Positions 39,101 to 52,305 of a stretch of DNA of 64,000 bases are shown here, piece after piece. A program made the translations under genes and the position numbers. Each line of letters begins with the position of its first letter. The stretch's first letter is position 1. The stretch spans positions 73,408,001 through 73,472,000 of the forward strand of contig NC_043005.1 of NCBI RefSeq assembly GCF_006345805.1, written 5' to 3'. Under the pieces are notes generated by a model, which searched no databases, was not told where the DNA came from, and saw only the letters and a list, made by a program, of their open reading frames with translations. The stretch comes from Octopus sinensis. Lineage: Eukaryota.

Positions 39101-39730
39101 TGGGGTCGATATAATCGAATTAATCCGTTTGTCTGTCCTTGTTTGTCCTCTCTGTGCTTAGCTCCTTGTGGGTAGTAAAGAAATTGGTATTTCGTCTGCC
39201 GCTACGTTCTGAGTTCGAATTCTGCCGAGGTCGACTTACCCTTTCATCCTTTAGATGTCGATTAAATAAGAACCAGTTACGCACTGGGGTCGATATAATC
39301 GACTTGATCTGTTTGTCTGTCCTTGTTTGTCCTCTCTGTGTTTAGTCCCTTGGTGGTAGTAAAGAAATAGGTATTTCGTCTGCCTCTACGTTCTGAGTTC
39401 GAATTCCGCCGAGGTCGACTTTGCCTTTCATCCTTTCGGGTTCGATTAAATAAGTATCAGTTACGCACTCGGGTCGATGTAATCGACTTAATCCGTTTAT
39501 CTGTCCTTGTTTGCCCTCTCTGTGTTTAGCCCCTTGTGGGTAGTAATGAAATAGGTATTTTGTCTGCCGTTATGTTCTGAGTTCAAATTACGCCGAGGTC
39601 GACTTTGCCTTTCATCCTTTATGGGTCGATTAAATAAGAACCAGTTACGCACTGGGGTCGATATAATCGACTTGATCTGTTTGTTTGTCCCTGTTTGTCC
39701 CCCCTCTGTGTACCCCCTTGAGGGCAGTAA
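39100..39730 (+). repeat. Head-to-tail array of ~3.5 head-less SINE family B units, period ~184 bp
   Basis: GGGTCGAT(A/G)TAATCGA recurs at ~39102, 39286, 39471 and 39654. Confidence 0.92.
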
Positions 39731-40855
39731 AAAATAAGAAGTGGACAAGGTATGTCATTGTTGGAGGTTGCAAATGCTGATGAAAGGATTTTGACACACC
39801 TAACTGCATGGTGGATTGACAAAATGATTAATTATTAGTCAAACAATTAATTAGTTAACGAATTAACTAACACTAATTAATGAACAAGGGAGTGTGTTTG
39901 TTATTGACATAATGATCATTTGAAATACTGCAAATTTGTTTCAACACACAATTTCACATTGCAAACCAAATACAAAAACGAAGCATTTCAATAACTATTC
40001 AAGGAATTGTCTGCTGCTTAGAGAAATGAGACCGTTCTGTTTTGTATTTTAGTAATGATTTCCCTCTGGAGGGAAATGATAAGAAAAAATTAGTGTTTCC
40101 AAAGAATTCAATACAGCGTTCCTGCTTTATTTTAGTATTTTTTTTATCATTCTTCATTGCAAAATCGGTCGAAAATGATTCATTGTACTATCTTCTGCAT
40201 CTAACTGTCCAGATGTAAGAAAATTGTAATGAAATGTAGTTAAGTATTTAGATGAAACGTCTCCATGTTTTATATGAATTGATTTGTGGCAACCTTATAA
40301 CTGACAAAGAGTCGGTTAGTTATTTGAACCAGTTCTTATCTGCTGCGTAGATATCAGTAAAGTGGAACAGGAAAGCTTCATTGCTTTCAAAAAGGAACCA
40401 CTATCATCTCACTCTTGTTATCTGCTCAGCAACCAAGTAATTAAAATAAGCGTAGTTTGGAGTCCTGGCCTAATATATCAACCTTCTCTCTCGTTGACTA
40501 TTCTATATGAGATAATTAGAGCATGAGGACGTTCTAATACATGGATGCTGCTTCCATAGAGAATGGAAATAGCATTCATTATCAAACTCCGAAACATTTA
40601 AAGAACGTATATATACTTACGTGCGTTTGAGCGAGTGCGTGTATACACATACATACGTACATAGATACATACATTCATACATACATGCATGCAAGCATAT
40701 ATACATGCATACATACATACATATATCCATACATATGTATATATATACATTCATAATACGTTACGCATTCACAGTCACACATAACTATCTATGCTCTATC
40801 TATCTATCTCCATGTGAAAATGTATAGATAGATAATTAGAAAGATAGATAGATAG

Positions 40856-40887
<32 letters not shown>

Positions 40888-41000
40888 GGATGGATGGATG
40901 GATAGATAGATAGAATAGATAGATAGATCGATAGATAGATAGATGATAGATGATAATAGATAGATAGAAGGATAGATGATAGATGGATAGATAGATAGAT

Positions 41001-41180
41001 ATGTTTCTTTATTAGCCACACAGGGCTGCACACAGACAGGACAAATTACAAGGTAGAGCTTTTCTTATGGGGGTAAAAAGAGGGGGTTGGTTTTCGATCA
41101 AAAGGGATCGTAAAAGGAAAGAAAAAGGACCAAAAAAAGGGGAGGATTTAAAAAAAAAATGGGGGGGAGGGAAGAAAAAC
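41001..41180 (-). mobile_element. Retroelement 3' end embedded in (GATA)n
   Basis: Unique segment between two (GATA)n tracts. Its 3' ~52 nt resemble the SINE family B tail. Confidence 0.55.
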
Positions 41181-41204
41181 TAAAGATAGATAGATAGATG
41201 GACT

Positions 41205-41275
<71 letters not shown>

Positions 41276-41619
41276 AAAATGCATTCGTTAAGGAGATTGA
41301 GTTGCTTAGCAAAATACCTCATTCCATCCTCTTTCCATTTTCCCCGGTCAAAAACCCAGCTGCATGTTTTCATTATCTCCCTGTCCATTCCCATGTTTTC
41401 AACCACCTTCTTCTGTGGTCTTCCTATACATCTTTACTGTTTACATTTGTTCCATGCATGACCTCATAGACTAGAGCTAGAGTGTTATGCTGTTTTGTCA
41501 CATGAGTAAACAACGACAATCTGTGCATTATTTATAACTGCCAAATGTGTTGCGCAGTTCGCAGTATTTTCAATAATGAAATAAATACATACATATATAA
41601 AAATATATAAATACATAAT

Positions 41620-41698
<79 letters not shown>

Positions 41699-41712
41699 AT
41701 ATATATATATAT

Positions 41713-41832
<120 letters not shown>

Positions 41833-41844
41833 TAAAGTTAATCC

Positions 41845-41995
41845 AAACATGAAAACACAAAGAGAAAACACAACAACGCGAGGACGTGGAACAAATATAT
41901 TATTATTCGATCGACGCTCAGGAAGGAAGGAAGGAAGAAGGAGGGTTTTACGTGTCAGAAACATAGGAAAAGAAAAGATCCAGAAAGAGAAGTAT
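41845..41995 (-). mobile_element. Probable Penelope-type terminal repeat fragment (partial second copy at 56960-57015)
   Basis: CAAACATGAAAACA...GAGAAAAC...CAACGCGAGGACGTGGAACAA occurs at both loci next to (TA)n. The second lies beside a Penelope-like ORF fragment. Confidence 0.5.
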
Positions 41996-42047
41996 ATATA
42001 TCTATATCTATATATATGTATATATAATATATATATATATATATATA

Positions 42048-43011
42048 TGTTAGTTAGTTAGTTAGTTAGTTAGTTAATTTGGCTCAAAAGCAAATAGCAA
42101 GGCCATGTAGGGGGACATGGAGTTAGTACAGGGTGGTGTTCATGTAAAGAGTTCAGGCCACTTGAGGTCCAGGGAGGCTTTGAACAAAGCGGTCGTCGGC
42201 ATCTTCACCATCTCGTCTGGCAGCTTGTTCCACGGATCCGCAAAGACCCGGACGGAGAAGCTCCTCTCCTTCGATTGAGATGAAATCGTCGCAGGTAGAG
42301 CTTTTCGGAATGACCCCGCAGCCGACGCTCTGGAGCAGGAGTGAAGAACACTCTTTCGAGAGGTTACACTTTCCGCTTATGATGTTGTGGGCGAGAATGA
42401 GATCACCACGGCGGCGGCGTTTTTCAAGAGAATAAAGGTCGAGCGTCCTCAGCCTTTCTTCGTAGGACAAATTTTTTGAGACCATGAACCATGCAGGTAG
42501 CCAGCTTCTGGACTCTTTCGAGATGCTGTTTGTCTTAAGGAGATAAGGAGAAGAGGCTTGAATCCATACTCCAATATGGGTCTCACCAGCGTGACATAGA
42601 GTGGTAGGAATATGGCTGCTGTGAGCATTCCGAATGACCGTCGAATCAAGAACAGAATTCCGCGTGCTTTGTTGGCAGCATGGACGCACTGGGCCGAAGG
42701 CGAAAAGGAGGAATCCACCAAGATACCCAGGTCCTTTACCTGATCGGTCCTCTCCAGCAGCAGACGACCCGGCTCGAATCAAGTTGAATTGCAGGAGTAG
42801 AGCCGACAGGCAGATGACAGCACTTTGACACGTTCAGACACAGGTCCCAATCGTAGACCACTTCCAAATTTGGGTGGGGCATCGACGAAGATCCTCTATA
42901 TTACCGCAGAGCGACCCGTTTGATATCGTCGGCAAATAGAAGGGTGTGTTTGCGTGAGGTGGTCGGGCAAGTCATTTATGAAGACTAAGAACAACAAGGG
43001 CCCAAGCACTG
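42048..43011 (-). mobile_element. 5'-truncated CR1/L2-type LINE with (CTAA)n tail
   Basis: VLGPLLFLVFINDLP, FADD, LYVTLVRPILEYG and LSYEERLRTLDLYSLEKRRRRGDLI. Frameshifted. (GTTA)n on the plus strand at 42048-42074. Confidence 0.92.
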
Positions 43012-43029
43012 TATATATATATACATACA

Positions 43030-43077
<48 letters not shown>

Positions 43078-43081
43078 TAGT

Positions 43082-43492
43082 AGGAGTGGCTGTGTGGTAA
43101 GTAGCTTGCTTACCAACCACATTATTCCGGGTTAAGTCCCACTGCGTGGCACCTTGGGCAAGTGTCTTCTACTATAGACTCGCGCCGACCAAAGCCTTCT
43201 CAGTGGATTTGGTAGACGAAAACTGAAACCAACCCGTCGTATATATGTATATTTATATATGTATGTGTGTGTGTATATATGTTTGTGTGTCCGTGTTTGT
43301 CCCCCTAACATCGCCTGACAACCGACGCTGGTGTGTTTAAGTCCCCCGTAACTTAGCGGTTCGGCAAAAGAAACCGATAGAATAAGTACAAGGCTTACAA
43401 TGAATAAGTCCTGTGGTCGATTTGCTCGACTAAAGGCGGTGCCTCAGCATGGACAAAGTCAAATGACTGAAAGAAGTAAAAGAATAAAAGAG
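43082..43492 (+). mobile_element. SINE family A
   Basis: Full copy from GGAGTGGCTGTGTGGTAAGTAGC. Confidence 0.9.
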
Positions 43493-44669
43493 AATAATGA
43501 ATATAGTAAGAAACATACTTGCATACATATGTGCACATATATAAATATATATATATATATATGCATGCATGTATATATGTATATACACATGTATATGAAT
43601 ATATGTGCGCATATAGTTTACATACAATCACATTGCACTGAAGTAAAACGCTACAAGACTGTTAAACCGGAAGTGAGAAAGTTTCGCCGGGAGAAATTTA
43701 TGAATCACCAGTGACTTGTTTAACTGTGAATTCACTCTTCATTCATGAACAATGCTTTCTTTCCAGTCATGTACCACTCACAGCTGCATAGAATTTGCAG
43801 AAACTTGAATGCAATCCATCAAACTCTCTTTTTGTTTTGCGAAATCAGCATTTAGTGTGGACGCAAACACTGCAGAGACCATTTTATTAAGCTTGCCTTT
43901 GGCTAAATAATAATAAACAAAGTAGAAGAGTTTGGTATTCGCTTTTATCATCTAAAACGTATTGTGAATGCACACTCGTTTGTCTGTGCGAGCTTGATCT
44001 AATAGTTACAAAACAAACCTATAAGCAACCATTAAACAACTATTAAATATCACTTTATATTGAAGGTTTCTATAAATCGTATTTCAGTCTATGGAGAGGT
44101 ATTGAGCTTGAATTAAATTCTGATTCATTCTTAAGTAGTTACTAAATACAGCCATTGTATTTTTAAATTAGCTCTTCTACCTTCAACAGTTGCGCAATTC
44201 TGCCGCCGGGAAGATGAAGATTTTTTTAAAAAGTATATTCTTTATTCACACATGTTCATCTTTGAAACTCTCATGAAACAGTCTTGCTTATTTAAACATC
44301 ACATGCACACCAACACACACATACACTTTCACGTACATTTATACAAGATAATTCAATAAAAATCAACAAATAACTAATTATAAATTAGTTATTCATGTAA
44401 TCATTTGTGAACACAAATATTAAATTGATTAAAACTAAATAACGCCACTGGTGTAGAGATACATCACTGAGAAAGTATAAGGTCTAGCATTGTCATGTGT
44501 ATGTCATTCTGATTTAGCCTGAGAATTACGAGAAATGAGTCGTTTTTATGGGCACCGATCAAGTTACACGTTAATTCCACGAATAAGAATTCAGCTGGGC
44601 AAAGAACAGAAGGTTCATTGCAGACAGCAACTGAAAATCGACCAAACCACTGTGAATGAAAGTGTCAAA

Positions 44670-45880
<1,211 letters not shown>

Positions 45881-46499
45881 TCTGTGGATCTGTCCGTCTG
45901 TCGGTATGTATGTATGTCTATTTGCCTCTACCTCCTTCTATCTGATTCGGAAAACTGTTCGTAGAGAACCTACATTTAGCTGTTTTTCGAGCAAATCAGT
46001 ACATAAGTACATGTGTGATTGTGTGTAAGTGTGCGAGTGTGTGTGTGTAAGTGCAAATTCGCGCGCGCACCTGCTTTTGTAAATTGAGAACATGTTTCTT
46101 GAAAGTTTTTATACCAATTTATGCTTGACAATGCATAAATGACATGGCTTTCACAATTTGGCCTTCCCTAAGCGTATCAGCGAGTTTCCCGAAATATCCA
46201 AATGTTGGATACGCACACACCGCATTCGTTCACTTATAAACATTCTTGCATCTAAAATTCTCACTCAATCACACGCGCATAAACACACGCACACAAACAC
46301 AATCATATAAAAAACACACTCAAAGACTCTCTCCCTCTCAATGTGTATATATATATATATATATACATATCCCGTGACCACATGACCGACCGGTTATCAG
46401 ATGTTGCTATGCATCGCTGGTCACAATGCCTTTCGCATTGTTTTAGCCTTCAAATGGCACTACCCCGTTGTCTAAGCGAGCAGGCTTATATATATATAT

Positions 46500-46900
46500 A
46501 TAACAAATCAATAAATAAGACATATGCATATATACATACATGTATGTACGTACCTACATCTACATGTATATATACATGCATATATGGGTACAGAACGCCC
46601 AAAAAACGTCGAACGCGAAAACATAAACACAAAACCAAGGAAATGGACATTTTCCTTAAACAACGAAAAAATAGAGTACAGGACATACAACACAAAGAAA
46701 ATTCCCCTTCTTCAGTCGCCTCTGTTTCATCTACTCCGCGTTTCGAAGGTAAAGGCGAGACAAGACTTCTTGAAACATTCCTTCCCGCAAATTAAATAAA
46801 ATTTGAGATTTTTTTGCGGAGGGGTAAAAATGGTAACAAAAACAGGACAGTAAAGACAGTACAAAATATAAACAGTAAAAGACAGGACAAGGAGAATAAC
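46500..46900 (-). mobile_element. Dispersed repeat, probable Penelope-type terminus (other copies 54590-54800 + and 25785-25925 +)
   Basis: Shared CCTTCGAAAC...CTGA(A/T)GAAGGGGAAT...TGTACTCT...TTTTTCGTTGTT...TTTCCTTG...GTACCCATATATGCATG blocks; the 25785 copy starts after the first two blocks. Confidence 0.6.
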
Positions 46901-46954
46901 TGTAACACAGACATTGAGGGTTGTTAAGCCAAACGAGAGAAAATATTACGAACG

Positions 46955-46992
<38 letters not shown>

Positions 46993-47000
46993 CATACATA

Positions 47001-48450
47001 CAGTGATCCTTTGGCTTACAAGTTTAATTCGTTCTGTGACGGAGCTCGTAACTGAAATTACTCTTATGTCAAATCAAATTTCCCATTGAAGTGAATTGAA
47101 ATATCATTAAACCGTTCCGAGACCCCACAAAAAGCTCAGTAATATTTTGTTAGGTGTTTTTAAATAAGAAAAATGTCCTTAGAAATAACTGGTTTTATTA
47201 AGTATTATGTACAACTTTTACCTTGGAGATCAGACGACTTGAGGATGGTGACGGAGGTGGAGGAGAAAGGCTGAATTGAATAACTGAATCTTATTCCATG
47301 ATTTTCGCCGTTTTCGCCACGCTTTCCACACTTTCATCTGCAAGAGTTTTCGATAAAAAAAAAACTATCCAATAAGGTCTGTTTCATCCTCACTTTCCGA
47401 GTGTTTCTGAAACGTGTTAGGCAAATGTCATCAAATAGCACCGTTGCAACCTTTTCCGAGCGTTTCTTCTCCGTGTGCTGCTGCGTCTGTAGATTATTTA
47501 GCTCTTCTATTGTCAGCTCCTCGATGAGCTCCTTGCCATCACCCTCATCCCTGATTAGGCCCATGGACTTGCCGAGGGATACAATCTTCTCTACCACTAC
47601 CGCTGTGGATTCGAATCTTTCATAGTCCATTTCCGATGGAGGCGCAATGACCCAGTGGTTAGGGCAGCGGACTCGTGGTCGTAGGATCGCGGTTTCGATT
47701 CCCAGACCGGGCGTTGTAAGTGTTTATTGAGCGAAAACACCTAAAAGCTCCACGAGGCTCCGGCAGGGGATTGTAGTGATCCCTGCTGTACTCTTTCACC
47801 ACAACTTTCTCTCACTCTTACTTCCTGTTTCTGTTGTACCTGTATTTCAAAGGGCCGGCCTTGTCACGCTGATTATCCCCGAGAACTACGTTAAGTGTAC
47901 ACGTGTCTGTGGAGTGCTCAGTCACTTACACGTTAATTTCACGAGCAAGCTGTTCCGTTGATCGGATCAACCGGAACCCTTGTCGTCGTAACCGACGGAG
48001 TTCTTCCGTCCCCAGTCCATTTCCGACACAAGTTCAGGTCACAGCTTCTTCCACGCAGAGGTCAAAGTCCTCTTTGTAAAACCCTGCCAGGCGATATCGA
48101 TATTTCTGAGGCATATCATGATGTTATTATAGTGGTTGTTCCAGAACTCTCGAAGGGTGAGGATTGTGCTCTTCGTCCGCTCAAAGCAGCAGTGGAACAG
48201 GTGCTTGTTGAACTCATTCTTGAAATTAGAAACCCCCTGCTGATTCATGGGTTCCAGGATAGGGATGGTGTTGAGTGGAAAGTAGGGAACGTTTATAAAC
48301 ATGAACCTTTCGAGGATGTCATCTTAAGTTAGGTGGGGGAACAGGTGCATTGTCCAGGATGGGAAGGGCTTGCAGAGATATGCTATTTTCCTGGAGATAT
48401 TTTTAAACATGAGGGCCAAATGCCAAATTCACCTACTGTACAATGAACTG
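47001..48450 (-). mobile_element. Tigger/pogo transposon 3' half (DDE C-terminus), split by a SINE
   Basis: ILDNAP, FPLNTIPILEPMNQQGVSNFK, NIDIAWQGFTKRTLTSAWKKL and VVEKIVSLGKSMGL. Terminal TA|CAGTGATCC at 46999-47009. Confidence 0.88.
47637..48013 (+). mobile_element. SINE family D, full length, 13-bp TSD
   Basis: AGTCCATTTCCGA at 47624-47636 and 48014-48026. A-box TGACCCAGTGG and B-box GGTTTCGATTCC. Confidence 0.93.
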
Positions 48451-48482
48451 CCTGCGACCCACGCCCTTGATTTTCCTTCCAC

Positions 48483-48513
<31 letters not shown>

Positions 48514-48556
48514 TATATATATATTATATATATATTATATATATATATATATATAT

Positions 48557-49118
48557 GGCGATACTTACTCTGAGGACTACAGAAAGTTGCAGAAAGTGTA
48601 TGAAAAAACATCGATATTGACGACAGATCTGAGAGACCCGCAACTAGCAGAATTGAGAAAAACATCGCAGATGTGCGGGCAGCTGCTTAGGGGAAATCGT
48701 CGAATTACCATCCGTGAGTTATAAGAGGATGTGCAGAATAGTTACGGTTCAGTTCAGTCCATTATCACTGATGATTTGGGTATGAGACGCATGTCTTCCA
48801 AGTTGACCAAAAAGATACTCGGGTTTCAGTTGTACAAGTTCTCCTTGATTGTGTCGAGAACGATGAAAACGTTCTCATCAGGTATCGCCAAGCATTTGAC
48901 AAAATTTGATGCAGATGCTCTGCTCAACTTTGTCATGTTCAATGTGACGATCACACGCTACACAAGAAATGCTGTAAACCGCGGAAGTGAGTTAGAACGT
49001 TAAAACTTAATGTACATGCACAGCAGAGTTCAAGGTTAATCTGTGCCAAGCGGCTTTACTCTATGTGCTTAGCTTCGTTACTATGGCAACAATCTGGATA
49101 CTTAGTGATCAAACCACA
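48557..49118. mobile_element. Mariner 5' portion with an internal inversion
   Basis: Minus strand from 49118: TIR TA|TGTGGTTTGATCACTAAGTATCC, then EQSICIKFCQMLGDT. The continuation GDTYSEDYRKLQKVY...RRITIREL...SYGSVQSIITDDLGMRR is on the plus strand at 48557-48875. Confidence 0.8.
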
Positions 49119-50672
49119 TATATATGTGTGTGTGTGGTGTGTGTGTGTGTGTATGTACGTATGTATGTATATATACGTGCTTATTCGTGAAAAACAATAA
49201 ATCACTAACTATAACTGTAACTACTTGTCGACAGAATTAAGATGTTGATTTATATAAACGTAACCGGGAAACAAGACAGGGTATGTTTGATATTTATTTA
49301 AAAATTCCTATTTTGAGAGCCTGTCGACAAATCCCTCTACCTGTGTACCGCGTTACACCATTCAGAACGAGCATGTCAAACATTTTATTTTTACGTTCAG
49401 TCTTAACGCTAAAAATTATTCTATACTTATTTTTTAGTCTATTTTTTCATCGATATATTTATCTGCTCTTCGCCTGCCTACAGAGATCGCTACACGCAAG
49501 AGAAAAACCAAACATTTTAAAATTTACTTTATACGCCTGCAAGCACACAAACTCACACATTTGTATACCTTTCAGCAGATATGCAAGAACTATGTTCCTT
49601 ACGATGCACATACAGACCTACACACCATTTTATTTGTACACACGCAAAGAAGCGAACACGCATGTTCGCCTATAAACACACATGCAACATACATACACAT
49701 TTAAATACAAACACTTACACACACACAAACATGCACACAGACATAGGCACAAACATTTGCCATTCATTTACTAAAAAAACAACAATTGTGCAGTCGTTAA
49801 TCTAACTGCATGTCACCAGAAGAAAAATGTTGATTAGATTTTCCCATTGTGTAGTGTTTTGAGTCTTGTTAAATTAATGCTAGCGACAATGGTTTCCCTA
49901 ATCAGTTCACAATATTAGGGTTTTTCTTCAATGTATCTTGGTTTGTGGATATGTTCCAAATTTGTTGTCCATATTTCATAATAAAACTATTTTGCTCCAT
50001 TATTTATTTTTTACGCTTTATATATATTCTTCTGTTTTGATTTTTAAAAAATATTTTTCCGTTTTATTAAAATATTTTTATAAACACAATATAATTTATT
50101 TCAGAATTATAGTTGTTTTCCCCCCCAGTTTTGTATTTCTCGCTTCATGTAGACTTGATAACTCAACGATAATACTTCCCTACAAGTCTCAAAGCGACAT
50201 TGAGAGTTATTTGTCTAAATTAATCTTTCTGTCATAATCAATTCACACAATAAAAGTTTTCTACCAAATTTTGGCACAAGGCCAGCGATTTCGGGAAAAG
50301 GATTTAAGTCGAATACATTCGACCTCAGTACACAACTGGTAGTTATTTTATCGTACCTGAAAGGATCAAAGACAAAATCGACCTCGGATGAATTTAAACT
50401 GAGACCTTAAAGGACGAAATGCTGCAATGCATTACGCCCAGCGAGCAAACAATTCTGCCAACACGCCGCCTTCTTTTCACCATAATGTTACCTCTCTGCC
50501 TGATAGGCCTAATCAACTCAAGGCACCCGTCGTGTACATCAGAGGTGCGCAATGTCCAATAACAATTCCTAATGAAGAAAAAAAAAGACGCTGAGAAGAA
50601 ACTTGCTTTTCCAACCCACAACTATTAAGCACGAATGCTCACGTGATGAAAGCTAACAAAAATATAAATAAA

Positions 50673-51145
50673 CTAGCTATTTTGACCCGTGCTTCGCTCG
50701 GGTTTTGGTGGTGGTGTTGTTTTGTGCGTTTTGTCTCCTTTTCCTTTTCTTCTTTTGTTCGTCTTCTTTGCCTGGTTATTTTTATTGCCCTCTTCTTTAC
50801 CCCCTTTTTTCCAAAATCCCCCAAAATCCTTACACCCACAATTAAAGATAACCGCCTCCAGCCCCTGCAGCAACAGGAAAAGCCACCATTATTCAAACAG
50901 CACAACCTGTCTATCCCATAAAACTCAATGTTTCCCATATTACTCACCAAACGGTAGCCCCGAGTGATTTGCAACCTTCCTCACACCATTGCCCACCCCA
51001 CTTTACCCCCAATGTAAATTTTGACGCCAATGTGAATTTTGGCGCCAATCCGACACCATCTACCTTAAACCGTTCCCATCGCAAAATGAGACAAATAACT
51101 AGGAAATCAAGCAACTTTTTCGCATTTCAGCTTTATAGATATTGA
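50673..51145 (-). mobile_element. Non-autonomous Helitron, ~470 bp
   Basis: Minus-strand 3' end: hairpin CCCGAGC-GAA-GCACGGG, short spacer, CTAG|T. The 5' end is A|TC at 51139 or 51145. No TSD. Confidence 0.75.
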
Positions 51146-51422
51146 TCAAGGTGAAAATCAAAATTTATGTTATATATATTACGATGCCAATCCCATTCGT
51201 CGAAAAATTTTGAAAGGAATTTCAGAAAGTATGTTACCACGAAAATCTTAGTAGAAAATCGTTTGTCTTTGCGTATATTGAATTATTTATTTGTTACAAA
51301 CGATACAAAGATGAGTTGTAAGTAAAATATATTTGAAGAATTACCATGATTATTTTTCCATACGGAGGCAGTTAACTTAGAGAACCGCTAAGTGAAAAGC
51401 GTACGATATCCTGGCATAACAT

Positions 51423-51656
51423 ATAGGGCGGCGAGCTGGCAGAAACGTTAGCACGCCAGGCGAAATGCTCAGCGGTATTTCGTCTGCCGCTACGTTCTGA
51501 GTTCAAATTCCGCCGAGGTCGATTTGCCATTCATTCTTTCGGGGTCGATTAAATAAGTACCAGTTACGCACTGGGGTCGATGTAATCGATTTAATACCTA
51601 TGTCTGTCCTTGTTTGTCCCCTCTATGTTTAGCCCCTTGTGGGTAATAAAGAAATA
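51423..51656 (+). mobile_element. SINE family B, full length with 18-bp TSD
   Basis: GATATCCTGGCATAACAT at 51405-51422 and 51657-51674. Confidence 0.93.
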
Positions 51657-51857
51657 GATATCCTGGCATAACATTATAATTCTAATATTCACTCAATGTT
51701 CAAATTCCGCCGAGGTTGACTTTGCCCTTCATCCTTTCGGATTCGATAAATTAAGTACCAATTGCGTACTGGGGTCGATCTAATCGACTGGTACTCTCCC
51801 CAGAAATTTTTTACACCCTTAATCACATTTCGAGTAAATTACACACACACGCATACG

Positions 51858-51896
<39 letters not shown>

Positions 51897-52225
51897 GTGT
51901 GTATGTGTGTGTGTGTGTGTATGTGTGTGTGTGTGTGTGTGTGTGTCTGTGTGTGTGTGTGTGTGTGATTTGAAATAAGATGTCACTACTTTTAATATCA
52001 TCTGCGGATAAAGTATAAAATTGATGGTATCAACAGGATTAACATATATGGATAGCAGGCAAAATAGCCTTATATAGCTATGAATTATAAATTTGCACGA
52101 AGCGTAATGATGCTTAAAAAGCATACACCTGCTAGAAATACGAGCTAAATTCTTAAATTAATCCACCCTACAGCACCAGGGTAACAGAGAAAAAGTATGC
52201 GAGGAAAACAGAGAGAATTAATATA

Positions 52226-52296
<71 letters not shown>

Positions 52297-52305
52297 TATA
52301 AAATA

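Noticed and set aside
39100-39730. Regularly spaced repeats reminiscent of a CRISPR array
   Set aside because: Whole 184-bp units are homologous SINE bodies with no unique spacers. The context is eukaryotic and has no cas genes.
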